Shown here: piece after piece, positions 32,401 through 44,400 of the stretch
Numbering within the stretch: position 1 is the stretch's first letter
Layout of the letters: each line of letters starts with the position of its first letter
NCBI GenBank assembly: GCA_040756875.1
Contig: JBFLYH010000001.1
Coordinates: forward strand, 352,001-416,000
DNA length: 64,000 nt
Direction of reading: 5' to 3'
Origin: a candidate division FCPU426 bacterium
Lineage (GTDB): Bacteria > Oederibacteriota > JAAXVQ01 > JAUVAV01
Position numbers and translations under genes: made by a program
Notes under the pieces: model-generated
What the model was told of the DNA's origin: nothing
The model's input: the letters and a program-made list of their open reading frames with translations, nothing else
Databases searched by the model: none

Positions 32401-35400
32401 CTTGACCGGATTGACGGCCTTGGTGGTTTTGCTGGACCGGTTGAACACCAGCCGGGTGGACGGGGAACTGACGCGCGAGCCCTTGGCCGTGGCGGATGAA
32501 GTGCTGGCGGTCTGCCGGCAGCACGGCGCCCAGGCCTATCTGCAATTCATGCGGGAAGAACCGGATTATGCCTCGGTCCCCATCCACGACGGCGGCCGGG
32601 TCACGTTGAACAAGGGGCGCTGGCTGCGACTGCTCTATCAGAACCTGCCGCCCGTGGCTATGGACATGCCGGCCGGCTTTCCCGGCCTGCCGGCAGACGA
32701 GGATGTGGAGAAACTGCCTGCCCTGGATTTGGACCAGCTGGCAGGCAAAGCCGGCAGCAACGGGCCGCTGGTTTTCACCGGCCAGGCGCTGGGCCGCGGA
32801 TTGATTTTCAGCGCGCCCGACGGCCGGCGCCTGGTGGTCAAGCTGGCCAAAATCGACGAACCCAACAGCCTCCTGCAGCGCGAAAGCCTCGGGTTCGCGT
32901 GGGCGCGGCGCCAGGCCGGAAGCACGGCCGCGCCCAGGCCCGTGGCCGCGAGGGAGGGCGAATACCGGTTCCGTTTCGCGCTGGACGCGGCCGCGGACCC
33001 GGCCCTGGTCCGCAGCCTGCGGGATGCGCTGCGGCGTTCGCAAGCCGAAGCGGAAAGCGTGGGCAAACCCTTTGCGCTCCTGCCTGAGTACGTGGCCACG
33101 GCTTATGTGCTGCCCGCGGCCTCGACGTATGACCAGAACCTCAAGGCGGACACCGTGCCGACCTGGCAGGGTTTGAAAACCGCCCTGCTGCGCAGCGGCC
33201 GGACGCTGGGCGCCTGGGCCCGGCAGGGCGTGGTCCACACCTCGCTGGGCGACCTGTTCCATAATTTAAGCACGGATGAACGCGAATACGTGGTCACTAA
33301 AGGCCTGGATTTCATGCTCGATTACTCGGTCGGCCGCCTGACCGCCTGGCAGGCCGCGGTGTTCGCCCTGAACCTGTCGCCCGAAGGGGACGTGCGCGAT
33401 TACAAATTCGTGCGGCACCTGGCGGAACTGGAAGGCGAGCAAAAATACCAGGAAGACGACTGGTGGTTCAGCGGCCGGCAATTCGATGCGCGGCCGCGCA
33501 ATGTGCTGCTGCTGGAATTTTTCAGCCGCTATGCGCTGATCGCCACGCTGGCCACGGGCGAATGGCTGGACCAACACGGCTGGCAGGGCCTGGACTGGCA
33601 AAAACCGGAGACCCTGGCGGATCTGGCGGGCTTCCTCCGCGAATTCTACGTGACGACCGCCGCGGCCGCCGTTGGCCGCGGGCAGCTGGGCCGCATTCAG
33701 CGGCAGGCGGACCTGGTGGACTGGGACCGCTACGCCGCGCAGATGGCGTTCTTCATGAACCCCAAGGCCTCCAATGAATACCTGCGGCCGCCGGAAAGCG
33801 GCGCCGAGGCGGACACGCGCCAGTCCCGGTTCCCGTCCGAGCGCCTGTTCGGGCTGGCGAAGGGTTCCATCGGCTTCGGAGACCTGCGCGACCAATCCTG
33901 GGACGACACAGAGGGCATGGTCGGCAGCCCGACCGAACCGGAACACGTGCGCGGCAGGCGCGCCATCGGCAATGTGAACGGATCGACCTTTTTGCTGGAA
34001 AACCTGAAAGCCAGTTACATGATTTTCGGGCTGCTGGTGGCAGGCCAGGCCCTGGACGCCTACCGGAGCGATGCCTGGCACCGGCGCGCGTTGCGCCGGG
34101 CCGCAGAGGCGTTCCAGGCCCTGCGCGTCAGGCTGCTGAGTCTGCCCGCCGCCCTGGCGGCCTGGTACGAGCAGCGCCTGACGACGCGCGCCCTGGACGG
34201 CTTGCCCGCTGAAACCGGCCGCCTGGCGGCCGCGCTTTTCGAACGGTTCGCGGTTGCCGACAGCCGGGAGCGGCGGGGGATCGCCAACCGCCTGCGGCAC
34301 TGGCGCCTGACCGACGGAGAAATCGAATCCCTGCGCATGCTGCTCTTCGCGCCCGCGGTCACCCGGGAGGACGTGGCGGACATCCTGGCCCTGGTTGACC
34401 TGTCGTTGCGCGAGGCTTCGCCCCAGGAGCGCAGGCAGCTTCTTAACCAGCTCAGGCTGCTTTCCGTCCTGCCGGACTTCGCCCTGTTCGGGTGGCCGGA
34501 AATCAGGCGGGCCCTGGCCGGCCGGCTGGCCGGGCAAGCGCCTGCGGCCCGGAGCCGGACCCTGGCGGCCTACCGCAGCAGCCTGAGCGTCATCGGCAAT
34601 TTATATTACACCCGCGTGCGCTTCCGGGAAACCCAGGCGACGGAAAAACTGCCGGGTGATCCGCTTGTGCGCTTCTACCACGGCTTGATCATGGACCTGG
34701 GGCCCGCGGCCGGCGGGGCGGCCCTGCGCCTGATCCGGCAATCCATCGGCCTGCCGTTGACCCGGGAAACCACGGGTGATTTGCTCCGCCTGTTGGGCAA
34801 GTACCGGGACGGATTGCTTCGGATTCACGGGGCTGTGGGCCAGGAGTTCGGCGTAGTGGCGGCCTTGTCGTTCGTGCAGGCCGAGTTCGAAAGGACGCGC
34901 AAGAAAAAAGCCGAGGACAGCCTGGCAATCCTGAGGTCCGTGGCCGAAACCTGCGAGCAGCAGGGCAGCCGGGCCTATTTGGAACTGCTGAAGCAGGCGC
35001 CGACCCTGGAGACTCTTTCCATCAGCACCGAAGGCGAAGCTACCAACCACGCGGCGCGCTTCATCAAATACCTCCTGAATAATACGGTGCCGTTCCGGCT
35101 CGGACCGGCAGGCCCGCGGACCGAGTTCCGGAACAACCTCGCCCCGCAGGAACTGCCGCAAGAGACCCTGGCCACCCTGGCTGAAAAAGCGGGGTTGCAG
35201 GGGCCGCTGGTCTTCAAGGGAAACACCCTGGGCCGGAAAGTGATGTTTGAGGACCCCAGCGGACGGCAGCTGGTGGTCAAACTGAAAAAACGCGGGGAAG
35301 CCAACAACTGGCTGCAGCTGGAAGCCGAGAACATGCTCCGTTATGCCGGAGACTTCAAAGGCCAAGTCGTTCCCAAACCCGTGCTGATCGGCAAGGTTGA

Positions 35401-38400
35401 AGGCCGGCAAGAATACCGGTTCACCCTCCGTTTGCCGGCTGCCGAGGGAGCGGCGGACGTTCAGGCCAGCCTGCGCCGGAACGCCGAGGTCTCGGTGCGG
35501 GAGACCGGACGCGGGTTCGAGGCCGACGAGCCGCTGCAGGGCATTGCGTATGTGCTGGAACCCGGGGCCACCTATGACACCAATTTAGACCGCGAAACCG
35601 TGCCCGACTGGGCCGCGTATAAAACCGCGCTGGTGCGGTCGGCGCGCGAGCTGGGCCGCCTGGCACGGGCCGGGGTATTGCATATTTCGCTGGCGACCCT
35701 GTTCCACAATCTCAGCACGGACCGGGAATATATCGTCACCCGGCTGCTGGAGGATTCCACCTTCCCATATACCCTGGGCCGGATCACGGACTGGCTGGGC
35801 ACGGTTTTCGCCGTGAACCTGAGCCGCGACGGCCAGGTGCGGGATTTGAAATACCTGCGTTCCCTCACGGACGTAGCCAGTGATCCGAATTACAAGGTCG
35901 AAGACTGGCAATTCCTGCCCGCGGCTTTCGGCGATCAGGCGGACAGCGTCTATTTGCTCGAGTTCCTCGGCCGCTACGCTCTGGTGGAAACGCTGCTGGC
36001 CGGCGCCTGGCAGCGGGCCGACGGCTGGCAGCGGATTGACTGGCAGAAGGACGAGACCCTGTCCGACCTGGCTGGGTTGCTGCGGGACGTGTTCACGGCC
36101 CTGGCCGGGGAATTGCTGGGCGAAGACGAGTCAAGGACCGTGGCCGAATACGCGGGGCTGGTGGATTGGACCCAATACGCCCGGCAAATGGCTTTCTACA
36201 TGAGCAACGCCAACCTGGACTACCTGCGGCCCCGCCGGCGAAACCAGCTCGACAACCGGCACGACCGGTTTCCCATGGAGCAGCTGTACGGGGTCCCCCG
36301 GAGCCGCCTGGACATCGACGAATACCGCGACCACTGGAACGACGAGGTCGGCTTTACCGGCGACCTGTCGGAGGGCAGCCATGCGGCCGAACGCCCCTCG
36401 ATCGGCCCCTTCAACGGCCCCATGCTGATCACCGAGTTCGGCACGGCCATGAGTTATGTCCTGGGGTTGGCCGTGGCGCAAAAAGCCATGGGACCCGAGG
36501 CGCAAGCCGCGGAGCCCTCCGTTCCGGCCGGGGCCACGCTGACCGAACGCTGGCGGCGAAGCCTGGCCTGGCTGCGCGTTACCGCCCCGGAGGCCGTAGC
36601 CCTGGTCCGCGCCTGGTCGAATTCCAGCAGCCTGCGCAATACCTTTGTGATGGTGCCTTTCTTATATCTGATGCCCCTGGGACTCAGCCTGCGCGATCTC
36701 CTGTTTATCTATCCGGTCGTGGCCATGGCTTCCCTGGCTTATTTTGCCCTGCGCGGCGGCGAAAAGAACTACATGCTGACGTACCCCGGCCGGCTCCAGC
36801 CGGTATACGCCCTGATGGCCAGGCTGCCCGGAATCAGGGCGCTGCTCGAACGCGGGGTGACGATCAATGACATCGGCCCCGGCTGGCCGATGCTCACCAC
36901 CGGCGAGCTGGCGTCCTTTGCCCGGTCGCTCAATCCGGCGAACCGGGTTATTGCCAGCGAGCGGCCCGGACGCGTTCCGGCTTTCGTGTTGTGGAGCGAA
37001 GCCGGCGGCAACTACGCGCTCTTCAACCGGGAGGGAAGGCTGCTGGAAGTATTCGCGGAAGAAGGAGCGGTGATCAGGAAAGGCCCGCTGGCGCGCTGGA
37101 ACGCAGCCAGGATCTTCCGCAGCCTGCGGCGCCAGCCGGACAGCAGGCCGGGATATATTTTGGAAGCCGTGCGGACCGAGGAAGAACTGGAACGGGGCGG
37201 GTTCGAACTGAACGAGGCGGATTTCGGCGGCGGAGTCAAAGCCGGCATCAAGCTCTGTTTCAACATGCTTTATATGTATCCGAACCAGGCACTGGCGAAG
37301 CTGCAGGAGATGGGCAAGGACTTGGAAGAGGGCGGGTATCTTCTGGCGGGCCAGAGCGTCAGCTGGGCCGGCAGCGGAACGTACATCCAGGTCTACCGCA
37401 AACAAGGCGGCGAGCTTCGGCCCCTGCAAGGCGACTTGAATCTGAACGGCGGCTGGTATTCGTTCTCCATGCAGGCGTTCACGCTCGCCCAGAGCGCGCG
37501 CATGCTGGAAGTTTACTACGAATTCACTTCCAGGCGGCAGGGATATGAGACCGACGAAATGATCCTGGACCTCAGGGCCGCGGCCCTGCCGCATGATTTG
37601 GACATCACCGGGTTCAAAGCAAGCCAGACAACCGCCGGCGAAAAACGCGGCCAGCCCGCCAAGCAGGGTCGGGGAACGTTCCTCGGCCTGGACTCGCTCT
37701 CTTTCCGCCTGGCGCGCTGGTTCGCGCCCCCGGCGCCGGCCCTGACCGGCATCCAGGAAATGTTGGCCGAGGAGTTGGGGGAAAAATATCCCGGGCTGTC
37801 CGCCCTGGAACGGAACCGGATCCGCGGGGCTTTGGCCGCCATGGCCCTGGACATTGACAACGCCAAGCAGCTCACGCAGCTGCTGAGGGCCTATTTCATC
37901 ACCTCCGCAAACGTGGTGCCGGCCCTGGAAGGGATCGCCGGAATTGCAGCCGGAACGGAGCCCGCGCAAACCGCCGCAAGCTTGAAGAACCTGGCCCGGC
38001 TTTTTCAACTGCCGGTCATGCGGCGCGCCAATGCCGTGGGCGTGCTGGGTGAGGCGGCCCAGGCCTGCCGGCAGGCCCCCCGGGAAGCCGCGCCGCGCCT
38101 GCTGGCCTCCCTCGTCCGTTTGCTGGAACTGACGCCCGCGCTGGAAAACGAGACGCCGGGCAAATCGGTCCGGGTGCTCGCGAGCCTGCGCCTCGCGGCC
38201 GAGTCCCTGGGCCGCGACGATTTCGAGGATTATCTGAACGAACTGTACGACCTCTACGCCTTCCATCAGGACGACCTGTTCGTTCTGTTGGACGGCATGC
38301 TGGCCGCGGCCCGGGCCGCCGGACCCCTGGCCGGCCTGGCGGCCTTCAAGAGCCTGCGCACCATGGTGGTTTATTACCGCGATTACCAAAAACAACTCTC

Positions 38401-41400
38401 GGTCGCGGAAGCCCTGGACAGGATCCGTCAGGCCTACGCCGATATCCGCAGGACCACGGACGATCCCCTGACGCTCGTGGCGGCGCTGACCGCGATCCGC
38501 GTCCGCAGCCAGTGGAACCGGGATTTGCGCACCCGGACCCCGCTGGAAATCATCGGGGAAGTGGCCGGTGTTTGCAGGGAAGAAGGGAAGAACGCCCTGC
38601 GGGTTATCCTGCGGGCCGAATCCGGGGTGGACAACCTGGTCATCGGCGATTTCGGCGATGCTCCCTCCAAAATGGGCTTGTTCATCCAATATCTGCTACA
38701 AAGCCTGCCCGCGTTGCACCGGCCGGTTCCGGCCGGGTTTCCCCTGACCGTCAAACCGATGTCAGGGCCGATCGCGCGCCTGACGCCGGACGCGCTGGCC
38801 GTGCGGGCCGGACTGCAAGGCCCGCTCCGGTTCGAGCGCGCCCTGGGGAGGAGCCTGGTATTCCGCGACCAACGGGGCGCCCAGCTGGTGATCAAGCTGC
38901 GAAAGCTGCGGGAGAGCGAGGACAGCCTGCAGCAGGAATGCGAGCGGTTTGCCTGGGTTCGCCAGCAGGGCCTCCTGCCCGGGACACCGCAGCCGGTTTC
39001 CGCAGGCGAAGGCGGGGAATACCGGTTTGAATTGGACCTGCCGGGGCTGGACGAATCCCTGCGCCGGGCCGTGGCCGGGGCCCTGGCAGAAGAACAGCGG
39101 CAGGCGTCCCAACACAAAGGTGCCGGGTTTCAAGTGCATTCCGGACGGCAGGCGATCGCTTATGTCCTGGAACCGGACAGCCGCTACATGTCCTATCTGA
39201 ATCCCGACGCGGTTGCGGATTGGGGCGTGCTCAACCGCGGCTTGCGCCGGGTGATGCGCACCTTGGGCCGTCTGGCGGGCCGGGGCTGGCTCCACACCAC
39301 GCCGGCGGATCTGTTCCACAACGTGGAGGAAAACCGCCCCTACGTCACCACCGTGGGTCTGGGCCAGATCTTCGCGCGCGTCTCGGCGCGCACCATGGGA
39401 CGCATTGCGGCCTGGCTGGAATCGGGCTGGACCATGAACTGGGACCAGGACGGCGGACTGCGGGATTATAAATACTTCAAGCACATCTCCGAAACGGCGT
39501 CCCTGCCGGAACTGCGGTCCGAGGATTGGACTTTCCTGGAGGCGTTTCGCGGCAAGATCGAAATGGTCTATCTGTTGGAGACGCTGACCCGCGCGGCGCT
39601 CGCGGGCCTGCTGGTCCAGGGCGAATGGCTGGACCGGAAGCAGTGGGCCGGATTGGACTGGCGAAACGACGGGCAACTGCAGCCGCTGGCCCGGGACCTG
39701 CGCGCCCTGTTTGCCAGCGCCGCGGAAGGGCTCCTGACAGAGGGACCCCGTGCGCCGAACCTTGAACAGGTCCTGGATGCGGTGGACTGGACCGCTTTCG
39801 CCCGGCAGATGGTCTTTTGGATGAATCCGGCGAATTATGCCGAAGCCATGGCCGAGCCGGCTTCCGGCCAGGCGGACCAACGAACCCGTTTCCTGCTGGA
39901 AAACCGGCTGATTGACCTGCCGGAGCACATGGTTCACTTCAATCATTATTTGCCGGGTACGTACCGACCGGGCATCGGTTTTGTCGGGACCCCGGCCGAG
40001 GACAGCCTGGGCCGGTTGCGTTCACTGGGCCCGGTCAACGGGCCGCTGCCCATCACCGAGTTCGCCACGGCCGCCTATTCGGTTTTCGGCCTGGCGCTGG
40101 CGCAACTGGCCCTGGAGGAACGGCAGGCTGAGCAGGCGCGCGCGGCAAAAAAGACCCTGTGGGCCAGAACCGGCCTCGACCGCCTCGTGGACCTGGATGC
40201 GCTCTTCCTCCGCCAGGCCCCCTGGCAGACAGGGCCGCTGAAGAATTCCGCGGCGCTGCTTCGCTTCGCCGCCAACTGGGTGGCGCCCAAGGTGGAAACC
40301 GGCCGGGTCGTGCTGGGGACCGCCGGGTTTTATCTGGGGTTCATGCTGCTGGGAATGAGCCCCTTCTGGGCCGGGCCGCTGGCTGTGCTGCTGACCAACG
40401 CCATCTTCGCGGTCTCGCACTTTTCCGGCGTGTTCGCCTCGGCCGGAGCGGATGAAACCGGCGTTCCATATATATACTTCAAGCGCTTCGAAACCTTTTC
40501 CCAGCGCCTGGCGGCCTGGGGCAGACTCTTTGTGCTGGGCTTGGGGTTCCATTTCGTTTTTTACGCGGCCGTGGTGCTGGCGCCCTGGAGCCAGAATGCC
40601 CAGGCCGAGCTGTCTGTCCAGATGCTGGGGTTGTTCGGGATTTATGCTTCGCATTACCTGCACCGGGCCTTCAACCGCCTGATCCTGGATCAGCCCGGCC
40701 GCGTCCCGGCTGCTTTGCGTTTCCTGGCCATGACCGGCTGGCACGAGCCGCTGGATCCCCGGCAGGTGGCTGACTGCGAGCAGGCCATCCAAAATCTGGC
40801 CGGCCCGGGCCTGGCCGTGCAGCCCAGGGACGAGAATCGCTTTTACCGTACCCTGAGCCGGCAATTCCCGGCGGCTGTGATCGAACAGGCTTTGCGCAAT
40901 TTGTACGCCCGCCAGCCGCTCGCCCTGCCCACACTGGCCACCGAAATCCGGGCGGTCCTGGCGCGGACCGGCTGGCTCGATACGGCGGCCGCCGACCGCG
41001 AGCTGCAGGCCCTGCCGTTCATCGCCCGGACCGAGCAGGCCTGCCTTGAAATCCTGCTGGCCCGGATCCGCAATCTGCATCCCACGCCGACCAAAACCGG
41101 CCAGCCTTATTTGTTCAGCGAATACGAGCAGGCCGAAATCCGGCGCAAAGGCCCCGAGGCTTTTGCCGGGCACATCGGGCTGTGGCCGTATCTCAACCAA
41201 GAAGCCAAGGCAGGTTATACCCTCGACCCCCGCGCCCTCATGCTCGTGCACGTGAACGACATCGGCCTGGAGGAATTGCAGGCCCTGGTGAACCTGTTCA
41301 AAGGCGCGGAGAGCCCCCGGGAAAATCCGGAGATCATCAGCGGGCGAGCCGCGGTCAAGATTCTGGGACGCCACCGCCCCTTGGACGAGACCCGCCGTCT

Positions 41401-44400
41401 GGTCGAATTCCTGCGCGGAGTCCCCATGCCGGACGGCAACCGGCTGGCGGTTTCACAAACCGTCATAAGCGTGTGGCTGGAAAGCCGGTTGTCAGAAGGT
41501 GAGATCACGGACCTGCTGACCGCCCAGCCTGGTTTGGCGCATTTGAGCAAGGAAAAGGCCGAAAAATATCTTGCCCAGCGCTATATGGACCAGCGGGTGA
41601 AGCAAAACCAGAACCTGCGGCAGCGGGCCGTCAAGCTGATCAAGCGGATGGCCGAAAGGGACTTGTTGGATGAAGCCGGTGCCTTGGCCGGCCTGGCGAC
41701 CGTGACCACCCGCCAGGCCGCCCTGGCCAAGAAAATCGACCGCGGCAAGGGCCTCGAGGCCGATGCCATCGGGCTGATTTTGGACGCCCTGCAGGAACGC
41801 TTTGGCCGGCGCCTGACCCCGGGGCAGGTGCAGTTCGTGGCTGAACGCCTGTCTTGGGACAGGCTCGAGGCCAAACTCGACCTGATCGAGCGGCTCTTTA
41901 CCGTGAAAGAGCTGGAAGGAGTCGGCGGCGAACCGCTGGCTGCCGCGCTGGTTTCGGGCAAGCCGGATCAGGAAGTGCTCGGGCTGATCGTCTCCTACCA
42001 TGGCGAGTCGGCCATCGAGCTGCGCAATGTCATCTACAGCCCCCATCCGCTGGCGAAAATCAAGCAATTGCACGACGACATGGAACTGTACGGCATGCCG
42101 TCCAACACCCGCGCCCGCGGGTACAGCGCGGCCCGTTCCCGGATCATCGACGAAATCCTGGAGCGCATCGACCGCAGCGGTATGGAGGATGCGCTGGCCG
42201 GACAGTTTTTCCGCGAAGTCACGAACAAGCAGCGGCTGTTGTTGAGCACGCTGCTCGCCCTCTTAAGCGAGGAGTCTGTGACGCCCGAGGAACTGCCGGA
42301 CTTCCTGCGCGTTTTCGTGTCCGCTGAAAACCAGGCCGAACTGGCCGGAGAACTGCTGTGGCACTACCAGGACGGCTCGCCCCTGAACCGGAGCGCGCAG
42401 GAGCGGGGCGACGCCAAGGCGGCGCGCGAACTGCTGCTGCGCTTGCACGGCACGGAAAGCCTGACCCTGCTGACGTCCCTGCTCTTGGACGGCCAGGCCG
42501 GGCCGGCCGAGACCGCGCGGCTCAAGCTGCTGCAAATGCAGGACTCGGGCGAGCTGCGGCTCAACCGCGTGCGCGAGTACCTGCGCCGCTACGGCCCGTC
42601 GCGCCTGCGCATTATGGTGGAAAAACTCATGCCCGAGCTGGGGACGCTGGTGCGCAGGATCCAGATCCTGGGGCAGATGCAGCGGCACGGCATGGACCCC
42701 TCCGGAATCGTTGCACTGGAGGCGGCCTGGCAGACCGGCTGGCTGCCGCGCGAGGATCTGCGGGACGCCGCGGAAATCACGCCCCTGCAGTTTTTCCTTT
42801 TGCTGCCGGGCATGGCCGAGACCCTGGACGACCTGCCGGAAGACGCCTACCAGGCGGTGTTGGAGCTGGCGGTCCGGCTGTACGCGGACCAGCAGCGCCA
42901 GGGGGACCCGCAGGCCCTGGCGCGGGTGGACAACCTGCTCGCCGGCATGGAACCCTGCCGGTTCGCGGATGACTGGCTCGGCATCATGGAAGCCAGCCGG
43001 CTGGCTTCCGCCCATCCCCGGTTCGGCGGCAGGCCGTTCAGCGACGCCTTCTTCTTCCACGTCCTGCAATCCCGCTGGCTGGATGATTCCCTGGTCGGCT
43101 ACGGCTTGATGCTGGCCCATGGGCGGGATTTCAGGCCGGCCGAAGAAAAGATTTGGGACGCCAGCCGCCGCATCGGCACAGTCGACCCCTTGCTCCAGTG
43201 GGTGCGGGCCCTGCGGGCCGGGTTGCCACAGGCGGACCGGCAAACCGCGCTGGAGTGGATGAACGGGCAGCAGGCGGAACTGGAGCGGATCGGGCCGGAT
43301 TGGATCCGCTGGCTGCTGGATTGGCTGCCTGAACACCGCCTGATGCCCGAGGAATTCAAACAGGACTACGAGGAATGGCCCAAGCTGTTCCAGTTGCGCC
43401 AGGAATTCCTGGCCCTGCCCATTGACGTGCAAATGGCGGCCGTGGATGTCTGGGCCGGCCGCCAGCTGTCCTACGGCCTGGCCGCGCAAATCAAGCACGC
43501 CCTGGCCAGGGAGAATGCGGCCCAATCCGGGTTCGTCGCAGCCATACAAACCGTCAGGCGCCTGACGGCCGAACAAGGATGGAATGAATCCAGCCAAGTG
43601 GATTGGCAAGCCCTGGTGCAATCTGCGCCCGGACAAGTCGTGAGCTTGAATGCCGAACGGGCGGTGGCCAGACTGGTGCGCGCCCCGCTGGCGGACCGGC
43701 GCTTGCGCCAGGTCATTCGCAGCAACCAAAGCCGCCTTGCCGGCGGGGAGGAAGCCCTGCTCAACCAATTCGACCGCATGCCCGCCGCCAGCCGGGACGA
43801 GGCGACGGTCATCCGGGCCGTGCTGCAGGCCTTGCAGATTGACGGGCAGTCCTGGCTGGAGAACACGGACATCGAACGCATTGCGGCGCTGGGGCTGGAC
43901 GCCTTCCTGCGCAAGCGCCGTCTGTGGGGCGCGCTCAACGCCTACCCGCGCCCGCCCAGCGGGACGCTGGTCGCGGCCTGCCTGCTGTCGGAAAAATCCG
44001 CGGCCCGGCTCCTCCGCGACCTGGATGTCTATTACCTGCTGGACCTGATAGCGCGGAACGGCTCGTCGCTCCTCGAACCGGCGGAGTTGCGCCGCAAAGT
44101 CCAGGCCGCCGAGCCGATGGGGTCCAGGACTGCGCTGCAGACGCTGGTCGGAACCATCGGCGCCCTGCCTGAAAACAACTGGCCCGAGGAAAACGTCCGG
44201 GCCGCTTTTCTGGCTGAGCCGGTCCGGGAGTTTCCAGCCGGCCAAATCATCCGCGACCTGGAAACCAACCGCGAAGTCCTTCAGCGCCGCATCAGCCCGG
44301 CCCGTTTCGTGATAAAAACCGTGAAAAAACTCTACGCCCGCCGGCTGCCGAAGGCGGCGCCGGTCGCGCCGCCGGAGATTTCCGGATTCCTGACCCTGCT

